Of a stretch of DNA of 64,000 nt, positions 27,610 to 40,687 are shown one piece after another. The DNA comes from Mobula hypostoma (Eukaryota), in assembly GCF_963921235.1 (NCBI RefSeq), contig NC_086097.1, positions 170,130,001-170,194,000 of the forward strand. The letters are read 5' to 3'. A program made the translations under genes and the position numbers. The notes under the pieces were generated by a model, which was not told the DNA's origin, searched no databases, and saw nothing but the letters and a program-made list of their open reading frames with translations. Every line of letters begins with the position of its first letter. Position 1 is the first letter of the stretch.

Positions 27610-29009
27610 TAATGTTGTGTGCCCAGACGATGCCACTTCTTGCAGCTGCCACCTGGCAGGAGGTATAGAGGTCTGAAGTTCCACACATTCAGGTTGAAGA
27701 ACAGCCACTTTCATTCAGATGGGATACATGCTGGAAACCTGCATCAACACACACAACATGCTGGATGAACACAGTAGGTCAGGCAGCATCTCAGTATCAC
27801 AACACTATGACTATTTTGACCACTCCAATGGACCTTCTTTGTTTCTCTAATTGTGTTTTTTTCTTACATAATTTAAATTGTTAATTTATGTTTTTCTTGT
27901 AAGTGTTTTGTATCTGGTCTAAGTGCCTGTGATGCTGTTGCAAATAAGGTTTTCATTGCACCTGTGCACATGACAGTAAATTCCATTTCAATTTTGAAAA
28001 TTTCTATAATGCTAGTTGTGGAACTTAAATTCAGTTACTATTAGAATTTTATGAAATTGTTATTATGAAACTTTATAAAAATAAAGCTAGTTTTGTCAGA
28101 TAACCACTGAACATTTCATTTTCTGTAACTTCTGTCCACCCCATTGTCCGCTTTTCATAGGGATCACTGACTGTGCAAGGGAAGTTTGTGAGACAGGTGG
28201 TGGAGAACTGTAAAAACAGAAACCAATGAGAAGTGTGCAAGTTTAATATAGCAATAACTTCCCTGATGCAGGGCTTTGACCTGGAGCTCCATAGATTCTG
28301 CTTGACTGCTGAGTTCCTCCACCAGCTTGTTTGTTGCTCCAGATTCCAACATCTACAATCTCATGTGGCTCCACTGCAGTGATTCTGTTTTTCTGTCCAT
28401 AGGTGCTGCCTGGCCTGCTGAGTATGTCCAATGTCCCGTTTTCATTCCAGATTTCCCGTGTTTGCTTTTGAGGGTGTGGTTTGATAAGGCAATCAGTGCT
28501 GATTGATCAAGAAGTTAGATAAAGATCAGCTTTGTTTGTTGCATGTACATCAAAACATGCAGTGAAATATGTCATTTGGTTCAAATCAACAAGGAGCAAC
28601 ACACATGTGCCAACATGCTTCGGGGGCGCTAACATAGCATTGCCACAACTTATTAACCCTAACCCTAACTGTATGTCTTTGGAATGTGGGAGGAAACCCT
28701 GCATCATAGGAAGAATATACAAAGTCTTTATAGACATCAAACCACAATGAGTGATTGCTGGTGCTGTAGAACAGTTGTGCTCACCACTACATTACCAAGC
28801 TGCCCTCCAGAAACCACCAGTTTGCAGGTCACGCATTCATACATTCCCAATCTCCACCCTTGCACTTTGCAGCACGGACAGTATAATGTGCTGGAGGTCA
28901 GATGACAACATCTTTGATATTCCACCAGTGTACAAGAGAGGCGAGAGTGGATATTAGAGCATTGGAAGATGATGCTTGAAAGGTAGTTATAGGGGACGAA
29001 CTGAATAAG

Positions 29010-30690
29010 CACTTTGCATCAGTCTTCACTGTAGAAGACACAAGCAGTATGGTGGAAGTTCCAGGAATCGGGGTGATGAAGTGTGTGAAGTTACAATTAT
29101 TAGGGAGGAGGTTCTTGGGAAACTGAAAGGTCTAACGGTAGATAAATCACCTGGACCAGATGGTGTGCACCCCAGGGTTCTTACAGAGGTGGCTGAAAAG
29201 ATTGTGAATGTATTAGTAATGATCTTTCAAGAATCACTGGATTCTGGAATGGTTCCGGAAGACTGGAAAATTTCAAATGTCACTCCACTCTTCAAGAAGG
29301 GAGAGAGGCAGAAGAAAAGAGTTACTAACCACTGAGGCCAGTTAGTCTGACCTCAGTGGTCAGGAAGATGTTGGAGTCAATTGTTAAGGATGTGGTTTCG
29401 GGGTACTTGGAGGCACATGATAAAATAGGCGGTAGTTGGCATGGTTTCCTCAAGGGAAAATCTTGCTTGGCAAATCCTTGAAATTATTTGAAGAAGTAAC
29501 AAACAAGATAGACAAAGGAGAATTAGTTGATATTGTGTACTTTGATTTTCAGAAGGCCCTAGACAAGGTACCACGCATGAGGCTGCTTAACAAACTATGC
29601 GCCCTTAGTATTACAGGAAAGATTCTAGCATGGATAAAGCAGTGGCTGATTGGCAGGAGGCAAAGAGTGGGAATAAAGGGAGCCTTTACTGGCTGGCTGC
29701 TGGTGACTAGTGGTGTTCCACAGGGTTCTGTGTTGGGACAGATTCTTTTTATGTTATATATCAATGATTTAGATGATGAAACTGTTGGCTTTGTTGCAAA
29801 GTTTGCAGATGATATTAAGATAAGTGGAAGGACAGATAGTTTTGAGGAAGTAGAGGGGCTACAGAAGGACTTCAACAGATTAGGAAAACGGGCAAATAAG
29901 TGGCAGATGGAATACAATGTCAGTATGTTCATGTACTTTGGTAAAAGAAATGAAAGGATTGACTATTTTCTAAATGGAGAGAAAATACAAAAAACTGAAT
30001 ACAAAGGGACTTGGGAGTCCTTGTGCAGGATTCCCTAAAGGTTACTTTGTAGGTTGATTCTGTGGTGAGGAAGGCTTAGAATGCGATGACTAGAATATAA
30101 AAGCAGGGTTGTAATGTTGAGACTTTATAAAGCACCGGTGAGACCTCACTTGAAGTATTGTGAGCAGTTTTGGACCCTTTATCTTAGAAAGGATGTGCTG
30201 AAACTGGAGAAGTTTCAAAGGAGGTTCACAAAAATGATTCTAGGATTAAACAGCTTGTCATATAAAGAGTGTTTGATTGCTCTGGGCCTGTATACACTGG
30301 AATTCAGAAGAATGAGGGGTAGGTAAACCTCATTGAAATCTATTGAATGGTGAAAGGCCTTGATGGAGTGGATGTGAGGAGAATGTTTCCTTTGGTGGGA
30401 GTGTCTAAGACCAGAGGACACAGCCTCAAAATAGAGGGGTGTTCTTTTCGAATGGAGATGAGGAGGAATTTCTTTACATGAATCTGTGGAATTCATTGTC
30501 ACAGGCAGCTGTGGATGCCGTCTTAATGTATATTTAAGGCAGACATTGACAGATCCCTTCAGGGCATGAAGGGATATGGTGAGAAGGTGGGAGATTGGAG
30601 CTGAGAGGAAAAATGGATCAGCCATGATGAAATGTGGAGCAGACTTGATGGGCCAAATAGCCCAGTTTTGCTCCTATATCTTATGGTCCT
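29010..30690 (+). mobile_element. CR1 LINE, degenerate RT plus 3' end
   Basis: [37 protein letters not shown] and HLKYCEQFW motifs. Confidence 0.92.
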
Positions 30691-31129
30691 TTGGCCTCAT
30701 GGAATTGAGTTGAGAGCGAAAATAAATTAGCCATGCTTTTCACAAATGGCCTAATTCTCTCCATTGTCTTCTGGTTTTAACGTGACTTCCTGACACTAAT
30801 ACTTAATGCTCCGACCAATGTTCCTTTTTTACCATTGTATTTACATCTGTGACTACTTACAGAGAGTTACAAAGCAGCAGAGGGCACCATATCTTTGGAA
30901 ATGTTTCATATTTTTGAAGAAATTCACACAAGCTGATAGATTTGTAACCTTTAATATGCTGCTGTTTAAGTGAAACCAGTTCTGTTATCCAGTTGCCAGT
31001 GTTGTCATCCTTTAGTCTAAACCCTAGGAAGTCTCTACCCATCAGCTCTCAGAGGGGGTCTCCACCATACATCTGGCAGTGGGAAATAGAAAAGGCATGT
31101 CAAAACGCCAATGTTATGATAGTCATGAT

Positions 31130-33580
31130 CGTCATGTGAGATTTTAACATGCACTAGATTGGGAAAATCAGGTTTGTTAATGGACCTCAAGAGAATGAAT
31201 TTGTTGAATGCCTATGAGATTGCTTTTTAGAACGAGTTGTCATTAAGCCTACTAGGGGGTCAGCTATTCTGAATTGGGTGTTATGTGATGAACTGGAGGC
31301 GATGCCTGAGCTTAAGATAAAGGAACCCTTAGGAGCAGTGATCACAGTATCATTGAGTTCAACTTGAAATTTGATAGGGAGAATGTAAAGTCTGACATAG
31401 CAGTATTTCGATGGAGTAAAGGGAATTACAGTGGTATGAGAGAGGAGTTGGCCAAAGTAAATTAGAAGGAGATGCTGGCAGGGATAACAGCAGAGCAGCA
31501 ATGGCATGAGTTTCTGTGAAAAATAAGGAAGGTGCAGGATAGATGTATTCCATGAACAAAGAAATATCCAAATGGTAAAATAGTACAACCGTGGCTGACA
31601 CGGGAAGTCAAAGCTAATGCAAAAGCAGAAGAGAGGGCATACAACAAAGCAACCATTAGTGAGAAGATAGAGGATTGAGAGGCTTTCAGATATCTACAGA
31701 AAGCAACTAAAAGAGTCATCAGGAGGGAAAAGATGAAATATGAAAGCAAGCTGGCAAACAATATCAAGGTGGATAGGAAAAGCTTTTTCAAGTATAAAAA
31801 AATGAAAGAGATGAGAGTGGATATAGGACCACTAGAAAATGAGGCCAGAGAAATAATAACAGGGGAAAAGGAGATGGCAAATGAATTAAATGAGTATTTT
31901 ACATCAGTCTTCACTGTGGAAGACACTAGCAGTGTGCAAGGTGTTGAAGGGTGTGAGGAAAGAGAAGTGAGTGCAGTTACTATTACAAGGGAGAAGGCGC
32001 TCAAAATGCTGAAAGACAATAAGTACATAAGTCTCCCAGACCAGATGAACTGCACCTTAGGGTTCTTAAAGAGATAGTGGTAGAGGCTGTGGAGGTATTA
32101 GTAATGATCTTTCAAGAATTATAGGACTCTGGCATGGTCCCAGAGGACTGGAAAATGTCACTCTACTTTTTAGGAAAGGAGGGAGGCAGCAGAAAGGAAA
32201 TTATAGGCCAGTTAGCCTGACCCCAGTGATTGGGAAGATGTTGGAGGCAATTGTTAAGGATGAGGTTATGGAGTACTTGGTGTCACAGGACAAGATAAGA
32301 CAAAGTCAGCATGGTTTCCTTAGGGGAAAATCTTGCCTGTTGGAATTCTTTGAGGCGATTACAAGTAGATTAGGTAAAGGAGATACAGTCGGTGTTGTAT
32401 ATTTGGATTTTCAAAAGGCTTTTGATGAGGTGCCAGACATGAGGCTGCTTACCAAGTTAAGAGCCCATGGAATTACAGGTAAATTACTAACATAGAGCAT
32501 CGGCTGATTGGTGGGAGGCAGCGAATGGAAATAAGAGAATCCTTTTCTGGTTGGCTGCCAATGACCAGTGGTTTTCCGCAGGAATTGGTGCAGGGACCGC
32601 TTCTTTTTATGCTGTTTATCAGTGACTTAGGTGATGGAATAGAGAGCTTTGTTGCTAAGTTTGTAGATGATATGAAGATTGGTGGAGGGGCGGGTAGTGT
32701 TGAGGAAACAGGAAGGCTGCAGAAGGACATAGACAAATTAAGAGAATGGGCAAGAGAGTGGCAAATGACATACAATGTTTGAAAATTGCTGGTCACACAC
32801 TTTGGTAGAAGAATATGTGCAGTATATTTTCTAAACGGAGAAAATCCAAATATCTGAGATGCAAAGGAACTTGGGAGTCCTTGTGCAGAATACCTGAAAG
32901 CTTAACTTGCAGGTTGAGTCGGTGGTGAGGAATACAATGTTAGCATTCATTTTGAGAGGTCTAGAATATAAAATTGGGGATGTGATGCTGAGGCTTTATA
33001 AGGCACTGTGAGGCCTCACCTAGAGCATTGTGAACAGTTTTAGGCTCCTTATCTAAGAAAAGATGCGCTGGCATTGGAGAGGGTTCACAAGGATGACTCC
33101 GGGAATGAAAGTGTTATCATATGAGGAACATTTGATGGCTCTGGGTGGGCCTGTACTTGCTGGAATTTCAAAAGATGAGACAGGATCCCATTGAAACCTT
33201 TTGAATGTTAAAAGGCCCAGACAGAGTAGATGTGGAAAGGATGTTTCCCATGGTGAGAGAGTCTAGAACAAGAGGGCACATCCTCAGGGTAGAGGGGCAT
33301 CCATTAAAAACAGAGATGTGGAGAGATTTCTTTGGCCAGACGGTGGTGAATTTGTGGAATTCATTACCACAGGCAACGTGTGGAGGCCAGATCATTGGGT
33401 GTATGTAAGGCAGAGATTGATAGGTTCTTGATTGGCCATGGCATCAAAAGTTGCGGGGAGAAGACTGTGGACTGGGGCTGAGGAGAAGGAAAAAAGGATC
33501 AGCCATGGTCGAATGGTGGAGCTGACTCAATGGGCCAAATGGCCTAATTCTGCTCCTATGTCTTATTGTCTTATGGTCAC
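31130..33580 (+). mobile_element. CR1 LINE, degenerate (end of endonuclease through 3' end)
   Basis: LNEYFTSVFT, QHGFLRGKSCL, DFQKAFD, FVDDMK and VVNLWNSLP motifs. Confidence 0.92.
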
Positions 33581-33629
33581 TTCAACAGGGCAGCTGACTA
33601 CCACCTATTTGTGGGCATTTAGGATAGAA

Positions 33630-33985
33630 AGAACATAGAAAACCTACAGCATAATACAGGCCCTTCGGCCCACAAAGCTGTGCCAAACATGTCCTTACAT
33701 TAAACTACCTAGGGTTAGCCATAGCCCTCTGTTTTTCTAAGCTCCATGTATCTATCCAGGAGTCTCTTAAAAGACCCTATTGTTTCTGCCTCCACCACCA
33801 CCATCGGCAGCCCATTCCACACACTCACCACTCTCTGCATAAAAAGCTTACCCCTGACATCTCCTTTGTACCTACTTCCAAGCACCTTAAAACTATGCCC
33901 CCTCATGCTAGCCATTCCAGCCCTTGGGAAAAGCCTCTGACTATCCACATGATCAATGCCTCTCATCATCTTGTACACCTCTATG
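33630..33985 (-). mobile_element. CR1 3' end fragment
   Basis: IEVYKMMRGIDHVDSQRLFP...FKRLLDRYM; closely similar to 20790-21120. Confidence 0.88.
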
Positions 33986-34397
33986 TGTAATAAATGCTGG
34001 CTTTGCTTGTGGCATCTGCAAATAGAAGGGAAATGCACAGCTTCTACATTTAAAGATTGATAATTAATTTATTATTGCCACATATATTGTGAAAAGTTTT
34101 GTTAGCATGCCATCCCGGTAGATAATGCTGTATAAAAAGCTAAATATTAACGGAATATAGAACATAAATGTTATATTTACAGAGAAAGTGCAGTGCAGGC
34201 AGACAAATAAAGCACAAAGGCATTGGTGAGGTAGATTGAGAGATCAGGAGTTTATCTTTATCATTGAAGAAGTCTATTCTGGAGTGTTATATCGGTGGAC
34301 TAGAAGCAGTCCTTTACCTGCTGGTACATGTTCTTCAGCTTTTGTATCTTATACCTGGGAGCGAGGAGAAGCAAAAAGAAACTGTCCTGGAAGGATA

Positions 34398-35781
34398 CTT
34401 GATTATGTTAGAACCAGAAGTAGACCTAGTCCTCCTTTTTCAGCTTAAAGGAAGCAGTGCAGCGTTGATCACAAATGAATATTTAAATAATAAATGGGGA
34501 TCTTATCTGAAGATTTTTACTGATGGCTCAGTGGACCCAGAGAGCAGTAGGGCAGGATTTGGGATGTATGTGTCTCAACTTGGAGTTAAGATTGGTCTCC
34601 GGGTTTCAGATGGTGTTTCTGTCTTTGCAACAGAATTATTAGCAATCCTCTGGGCCCTATGGTGGATAGAAGACTCTCGACCACGTAGGGTTATCATCTG
34701 TTCAGATTCTGCTGCTGCATTAGAGTCCATAAAAGGGAGTAAATCAAAAGCTCGTCCTGACATAGTTATTGAGATCTCTTAGTGTTGTTTAGAGTAGGGA
34801 AGATGGGTTGTGCAGTTAGGTTTTCATGGATACCTGGGCATGCTGGGGTGGAGGGAAATGAAATTGTGGATGGCATTGCAAAGTCTTCCTTACAGAGCAG
34901 GCAAGTAGAGATTAGAGTTCCCCTAGGCAGAGCAAAATTGAGAGCATTTAAGGCATCCGTTAGTCTTGCGAGACCATGGATCTGTGCCTGGAAAGTCTTC
35001 ACTCCCCAGGGTGCAGGCCTGGGCAAGGTTGTATGGAAGACCAACAGTTGCCCATACTGCAAGTCTCCCCTCTCCACGACACCAATGTTGTCCAAGGGAA
35101 GGGCATTAGGACCCATGCAGCTTGGCACCAGTGTTGTCGCAGAGCAATGTATGATTAAGTGCCTTGCTCAAGGACACAACATGTTGCCTCGGCTGGGGCT
35201 CAAACTCATGACCTTCAGGTCGCTAGTCCAATGCCTTAACCACGTGCCCACAGAATTGAGAAGTAGGATTAAAAAAGGTATAGAGAAGAAGTGGCAGGAG
35301 GGTTGGAAAAATGAATTAAGGGGCAGGCATTATCTTTCTAGTCACCCACTAGTTAAAGAGGTCTCAGACTGTTACCTTTTAAGTCATAGAGATATGGTGA
35401 AATTTACAAGACTTAGGTTGGGGCATTGTGGGCTAAACTATTATTTAAAGATAATGGGAAAACATCCTGCTCGATTATGTGACTGTGGTAGTCCAGAGAC
35501 AGTCCAGCATGTTTTGCTGAGCTGTAATCGATACAAAATTGAAAGAAGCATGTTGTTCAAGAGGCTATCTGGCTTAAATTTATTTTGGTTTTCTATTAAA
35601 TCTTTGTTTGGCCATCAAGAGAATCAACATCTGATTGAGGAGTCTATTATTCAGTTTATACGTGAGACTAGGTTGTATTCGAGAATTTGAGTTCCTTGAA
35701 GTTCTGTAATTAATTATATATCCTGCGGAGAGCTGTAATACGCCCAGATGTGTCTAAACAGCTGGAAATAGAAGAAGAAGA
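34398..35781 (+). mobile_element. Nimb/I-group LINE 3' part (RNase H plus CCHC), interrupted by a SINE
   Basis: IFTDGS, ATELLAI, CSDS and WIPGHAGVEGNEIVD (RNase H); RLRLGH...CDCGSPETVQHVLLSC; (GAA)n tail; one frameshift near 34780. Confidence 0.88.
34944..35250 (-). mobile_element. tRNA-derived SINE (same family as 27312-27609)
   Basis: Reverse complement of the 27312 copy; TSD CAAAATTGAGA / CAGAATTGAGA at 34933-34943 and 35251-35261. Confidence 0.85.
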
Positions 35782-35784
35782 GTC

Positions 35785-36205
35785 AGTAAAGAGGAGGCAG
35801 GTTTGCATGATAGACTGGTCTGTGTTCAAAACTCTCCCCAGTTTCTTGCAGCCACAGAGAGAGCTGTTGCCATATCAAGCTGTGATACATCTAGATGGGA
35901 TGCTTTCAATGGTGCATATGAAAAATTTGGTGAGGGTTATCAGGAGTATGTTATATTTCCTTAGCCTTCTGAGGAGGTGGAGGCACTTGTATGCTTCCTT
36001 GGCTATATGGATGGACCAGGAAAAGTTGTTGATAACATGTTCACTTGGGAATTTAAATCTCTGCAATAGCTCTACCTCAGCACCATTGGTACATACAGGT
36101 GCACGTGCTTCACCCCACTCCATAAAGTCAATGACCAGCTCTTTTGTTTTGCTGACGTTGAGGGAGGTTGTTGATTAGATACCATGCCACTCAGTTCTCT
36201 ATCTT
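35785..36205 (-). mobile_element. Old Rex1-like fragment
   Basis: LHLLRRLRK...CTIESIPSRCITA, plus an LNVSKTKEL-like segment. Confidence 0.7.
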
Positions 36206-37429
36206 GTAAATACAGGATATTACAAAAAGGATTAGTCAGCCTGTTGTGCCTATGCTGGCTTCTTGAAAACACTATTTAGTTTGATCACTGTTCCTGCTCT
36301 TTACCCATTGCATTGCAACTTTTTAAACATATTACAATTTCATTTTCAGTATTGCTATTGCATCTGTTCATATCTTCTTTTAAAATGAGTGCATTCCAGG
36401 GAGAAACTACTTGTGGCAAGAAATAAATGTCTCCTCAACTCCCCCATTGCTTCTTTTGCCAATTAACTGAAATCTTGTCCTCTTGTTGACAAGCCTCCTG
36501 GCAATGAAATATTTCCTCCCTGTGTCCTTTATCAAAACCTTTCAGAGTTTTGAATGTTCCATAAATTCAAGCATGTGTCTGCTGCCTCATGTTGTGTGTT
36601 TCTCTAGAATCACAACTCCTTTGGCACTTTGGAAGCCTGGACATTGTAAATCTCATGTCAGTCACTTCAGAATCCGCCTCATGGATTCTCTCCCTCAAGG
36701 AATGAAGCTCTTGTTGAATTATGAAAGGAAACTGTGGTGCAAAATAGTTCTTTTGTTCCTTGACTTGCATGAAAGATTAAAACTTGATTCTGATTCTGAT
36801 CCTTTCTCAACCTTGTCAGATTACCTAGTCAGACTACCTGGTTAAGTTGCAGTTGGGTGTTGACGAAATCATACAGCTGCATTGTAAAGAATGGCACCCT
36901 TGACTATGAGTCAGTAATCTTCTTTAGTTGCAGTGTTTGCCCTCCTTCTTCTCTTCAGACTGGACCTTTCTTTACAACTCTTTTTGTCCACTACTCCAAC
37001 ACCACTGCACCCAAGCCCCAAGCAGATAAGGTTCCCAATGTGCTCACTGGGATCGGTTCCACACTTAGGCTAGAGGAGCAATCTGATAAGGTGATTCAGC
37101 CAAATGGTAGAGCAATGAGGAAGAAGCCATCAAAAAAGAATCAAAAGGGTGGACAACATGTGAGAAGGGGTGAAAATTCAGTTATTGTCACAAAATGACT
37201 GTGCTAGCTTACAGATAGATACCTGGGACAGGGCCAATGCCAAATTGAAACCAATTCAAATGTTGCAGATTAGCAGTGTAAATATATAAATCTTAACACT
37301 CCTGCCTAACAGGGCTGTGAAAGCACCATCATGAATGTAACATTTCACTATCATACTCATAAGGGCAATTAGGGATAGGCATTTAAATGGTGGCTTTGCC
37401 ATCAACATCCATATTCTGGCTACAAGACC

Positions 37430-37885
37430 ATAGAGTCAGAGAACAATGCAGTATAGAAACTATACCAATCAAGAGGCTCACATAAGCGCGTTCCATTTGC
37501 CCACATTTGGCCTGTATCTCTCTAAGCCTTTCTTAACCATGATAAATGTTGATATTGTACCTGCCTCACCATCTTCATCTGGCAGCTCATTCCATATATG
37601 CATCACCTTCTGCAGGAAGGTGTTGTAGCTCATGTCCTTTTTAAATCCTTCCTCTCTCACCTTAAACCTCTACCTTCTCATTTTTGATTCTCTTTCCTTA
37701 CCTACGTCTCTCATGATTTTATACACTTCTGTAAGGTCATCTCTTAATTCCCTATGCTCCAATGAATAAAGTTGTCGCTACCCCATGTTTCCCTATAGCT
37801 TAGCCCCTCAAGTCCTGGCAACGTTCTTATAAATCTCCTTTGTTTTCTTTCCTGCTTAATTACATCTTTCCTATAGCATAGTAAA
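37430..37885 (-). mobile_element. CR1 3' fragment
   Basis: QKVMHIWNELP...EAGTISTF motif. Confidence 0.75.
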
Positions 37886-38044
37886 TGTAATATTCCTCAC
37901 CAATACCTGAATGGAAAAAAAAGGTATTCTTTTTAAATTTTCCCAGCTCTGAAGACTATATATTGTCCTGAAACATTAACTCTGTTTCTGTCACTGCAGT
38001 CGCTTTGTGCATCTGGGTCCATTGAAGAGGACAGAGTCCAGTAT

Positions 38045-38330
38045 GTATTATTTATTTATTTAGTGTTACATCACGGAGTAGGCCCTTCTGGCCCTTCAAG
38101 CCTTGCTGTCCCATTGACCCCCGAGAAATCTGATTAACCCTAACCTATTCATGGGACAATTTTTACAATGATTAATCGATCTACCTGGTACGTCTTTGGA
38201 CTGTGGGAGGAAACCGGAGCACCCAGGGAGAACCCACACATTCCACTGAGAAGACATAGAAATGCCTGGAATTGAACTCTGAACTCTGGAATGCCATGAG
38301 TTGTAGTGTTGCACTAACCGTCACCCTCCC
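38045..38330 (-). mobile_element. V-SINE/HE1-like element
   Basis: Minus strand GGGTGCTCCGGTTTCCTCCCACAGTCCAAAGAC with an (AAAT)n tail. Related fragments lie at about 2250, 28680 and 46380. Confidence 0.7.
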
Positions 38331-38727
38331 ACGTGTATGGGAGGGCAATCAATGGCCAAAGGTCAGGCATGTGTTAATGTGTGCGAACTAAGACCTGTCT
38401 CTTGCAATATTCAGATGTCATTTCTGTACAAGTGTTTGGAATCGGAAGCAGTAATATGAGAGGTATAAATAAAAATCCTTCTGCTGAATCATTTTAATAC
38501 TTGGAATGGTTTCACGGAGGAGTAAGGCAGCAAATGAAGAACTAAGCTGAGCAACTATATTAGACAGCACAGTACGAGCCCTTTTTTCCATCTAACCCTT
38601 CCATCCTACACAAAGGTTTCAAAGGTACATTTTATGTCATTTAATGCATACATCCTGAAATTCTTTTTCTTTGCAACCATCCACAAAAACAGAGGAGTGC
38701 CCTCAAAGAATGAAGGGCAGTTAAATG

Positions 38728-39421
38728 TGTAGCCCCCTGGCCACCCTCAGGGTCGCTCGGCTCACTGTCGTCTAGGGAAACAGCCTTCGGCCCCACCAAA
38801 CTGGGTAATTAGTTTGTGTGGATGCTGTGTGATGTACCCCACCCCGCCCAAATAACAGACAATACACCAGATACAATTAAATAATTTACCATTTATAGAT
38901 ATTACTGGAACTATATAATTAACAGAGAATAAAATATACAAGGAAAATAATAGGTGCCACACTTATCAAAGTTCAATCTCTTCGTGCACAAACAGTTGGA
39001 ACTCAGGACCCTTCTTCTTCACCCTGCGATCCCTCGGACCACTTCGACTGGCCGCCTGGGACCAACAACGGTGGTCGACCAAACGCTCCACACGAGTCCA
39101 TCTCCGTCTCCTCGCCTCGCCGAACGCCCTCCTCGGGGTCCGACCCCGTTAGTGGACTCATTGCACCTGGTCCATCCTCTCTCTCTCCCGCCTTTTCCCC
39201 CAAAACCCCACGCATACAATATCTTACAGATACACCAAAATCATAACAACTATCCCAATTGGTTCATAACATCTTCTTATCAGTAACGTGATTCAACAAA
39301 CTGCTAGCGGGAGGACTTTTTCAGCATTTAACATAACAAAGAAGCATTCCCAAGTATAACATAACAAAGAAGCCATTTTAATTAGCCTACGCAGTAACAT
39401 AAGAGACGAAACCCCCTTACA
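38728..39421 (-). repeat. 3' LTR
   Basis: Direct repeat of 41965-42659, roughly 90-95% identical by eye. Confidence 0.95.
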
Positions 39422-39437
39422 CTCTCCCCCCACCAAA
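39422..39437 (-). promoter_or_regulatory. Polypurine tract
   Basis: Minus strand TGGTGGGGGGAGAG abuts the 3' LTR. Confidence 0.8.
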
Positions 39438-39691
39438 TAAAGTCACGTCCTCATGACTTCTAAATAACTCGCCAACTAGTCCTGCAGACACATAACATAC
39501 ACATACACAGAAACACACAGTGACAGTGCTTCCTAAACAGTGGACCTTACGCCCGTCCCACGGGCGCTACATAGGCCAACCTATCTGGGAGCTTCTTAAC
39601 CCTCCGAGACCTCCTTACCCCCTCACCTAAACCCAAAAGGCTCAGACACTCCTAGGGATACCTCGGGCCTGCTTGCCAACTCCTCTCTCAC

Positions 39692-40678
39692 TCAGGCCAC
39701 CAGTACAGCTCGGAGCCCCCTGTTCCGTGTCCGGAGCCTCGCCTCTCCTCCTTCCTGATTCTGCCATAACTCAGACTGCCCACAGCTGGCCCTCCCCACT
39801 ACACCTGACTCAGTGGGAGAAGGGCCAAAGGTCTCGTCATCAATCATGGGGAAGTTAGCAAAAGGCAGCATGTACCACATGTGCAGCACATCATCCTTCG
39901 AATCCATATTCTTCCTCATTCCCTCGATCGGTAGTTGCTGTATAAGTTTCTCCAAACTGAAACATTTAGCTGGGGCTACCCCTTCAGCCTCCTGTAGTCG
40001 AGACGTCAGCTTCTTCGGGGACTCCTTCAACTCTTGCCACAGCCTCAGCAGTTCTGACTCAGGGTTCTTGGCCATCTCAATCTGGGACGCAGTTACCCCA
40101 CCAGCTTCTTCCAATCTTTTCTGAATCGACGTCTTGAGTTTCTGCTGATTCCTTCGAAGGTGGGTCATTGTTTCTTCTCGCTGAATTAAATCATCAGTAC
40201 ATGACTGCAGTGTCAGCTCGGAATTCCGTTGCTCCTTCTCCACGTTGACGAGCGTGAATTCCAAGTCCGCAATGGTCATCCCACCAGCGCGGCACTCAGT
40301 CTCCAGCTGGCATTTCTGAGCACTCAGTTCAGCGGTGCAAATCCCCTCTCTCCCCTGTGTCTCATTCATATTGACGACCTGGGTTTCCATCCCCAGGTCC
40401 ACCACCGTCTGTTCCACCACCAGGAAGTTCAACTGGTATGTCGGGTCATTTTTCTCACATTGCACCAAACTCCTCCGGCCAAAAACTCCTCCACATTTGA
40501 CACTTCGCTTCTGTCGCCTGGGCTCAGTCACTCGCCTCGCCTCATAGTCCCCCCAGGTGAATCCAACCTCTAGGCGGTCATCCACATATGCCAAAACTCC
40601 ACACACCTTCACTTCCCCCATGGTCCTCCTCATGCCCCGTGAGAAGGATGCAGGGACTCCGGATATGCCCTTGGGCAT
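39692..40678 (-). pseudogene. Chimeric ORF: RT remnant (YVDD), myosin heavy-chain coiled-coil segments, Gypsy pol tail
   Basis: MPKGISGVPASF...LAYVDD, then LVQCEKND, AELSAQKCQLETEC, DLEFTLVNVEKE, RLEEAGGVTASQIEM, KKLTSRLQEAE and AKCFSLEK. Confidence 0.8.
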
Positions 40679-40687
40679 CTTTTCGGA

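Noticed and set aside
36483..37198. ORFs of 120 and 113 aa in partly unique sequence
   Set aside because: Non-ATG starts, no recognisable domain, and partial overlap with decayed repeat sequence.
39920..40471. A genuine host myosin gene exon
   Set aside because: It lies between paired LTRs, is fused to RT, joins distant rod segments, and no other myosin exons were seen in the window.
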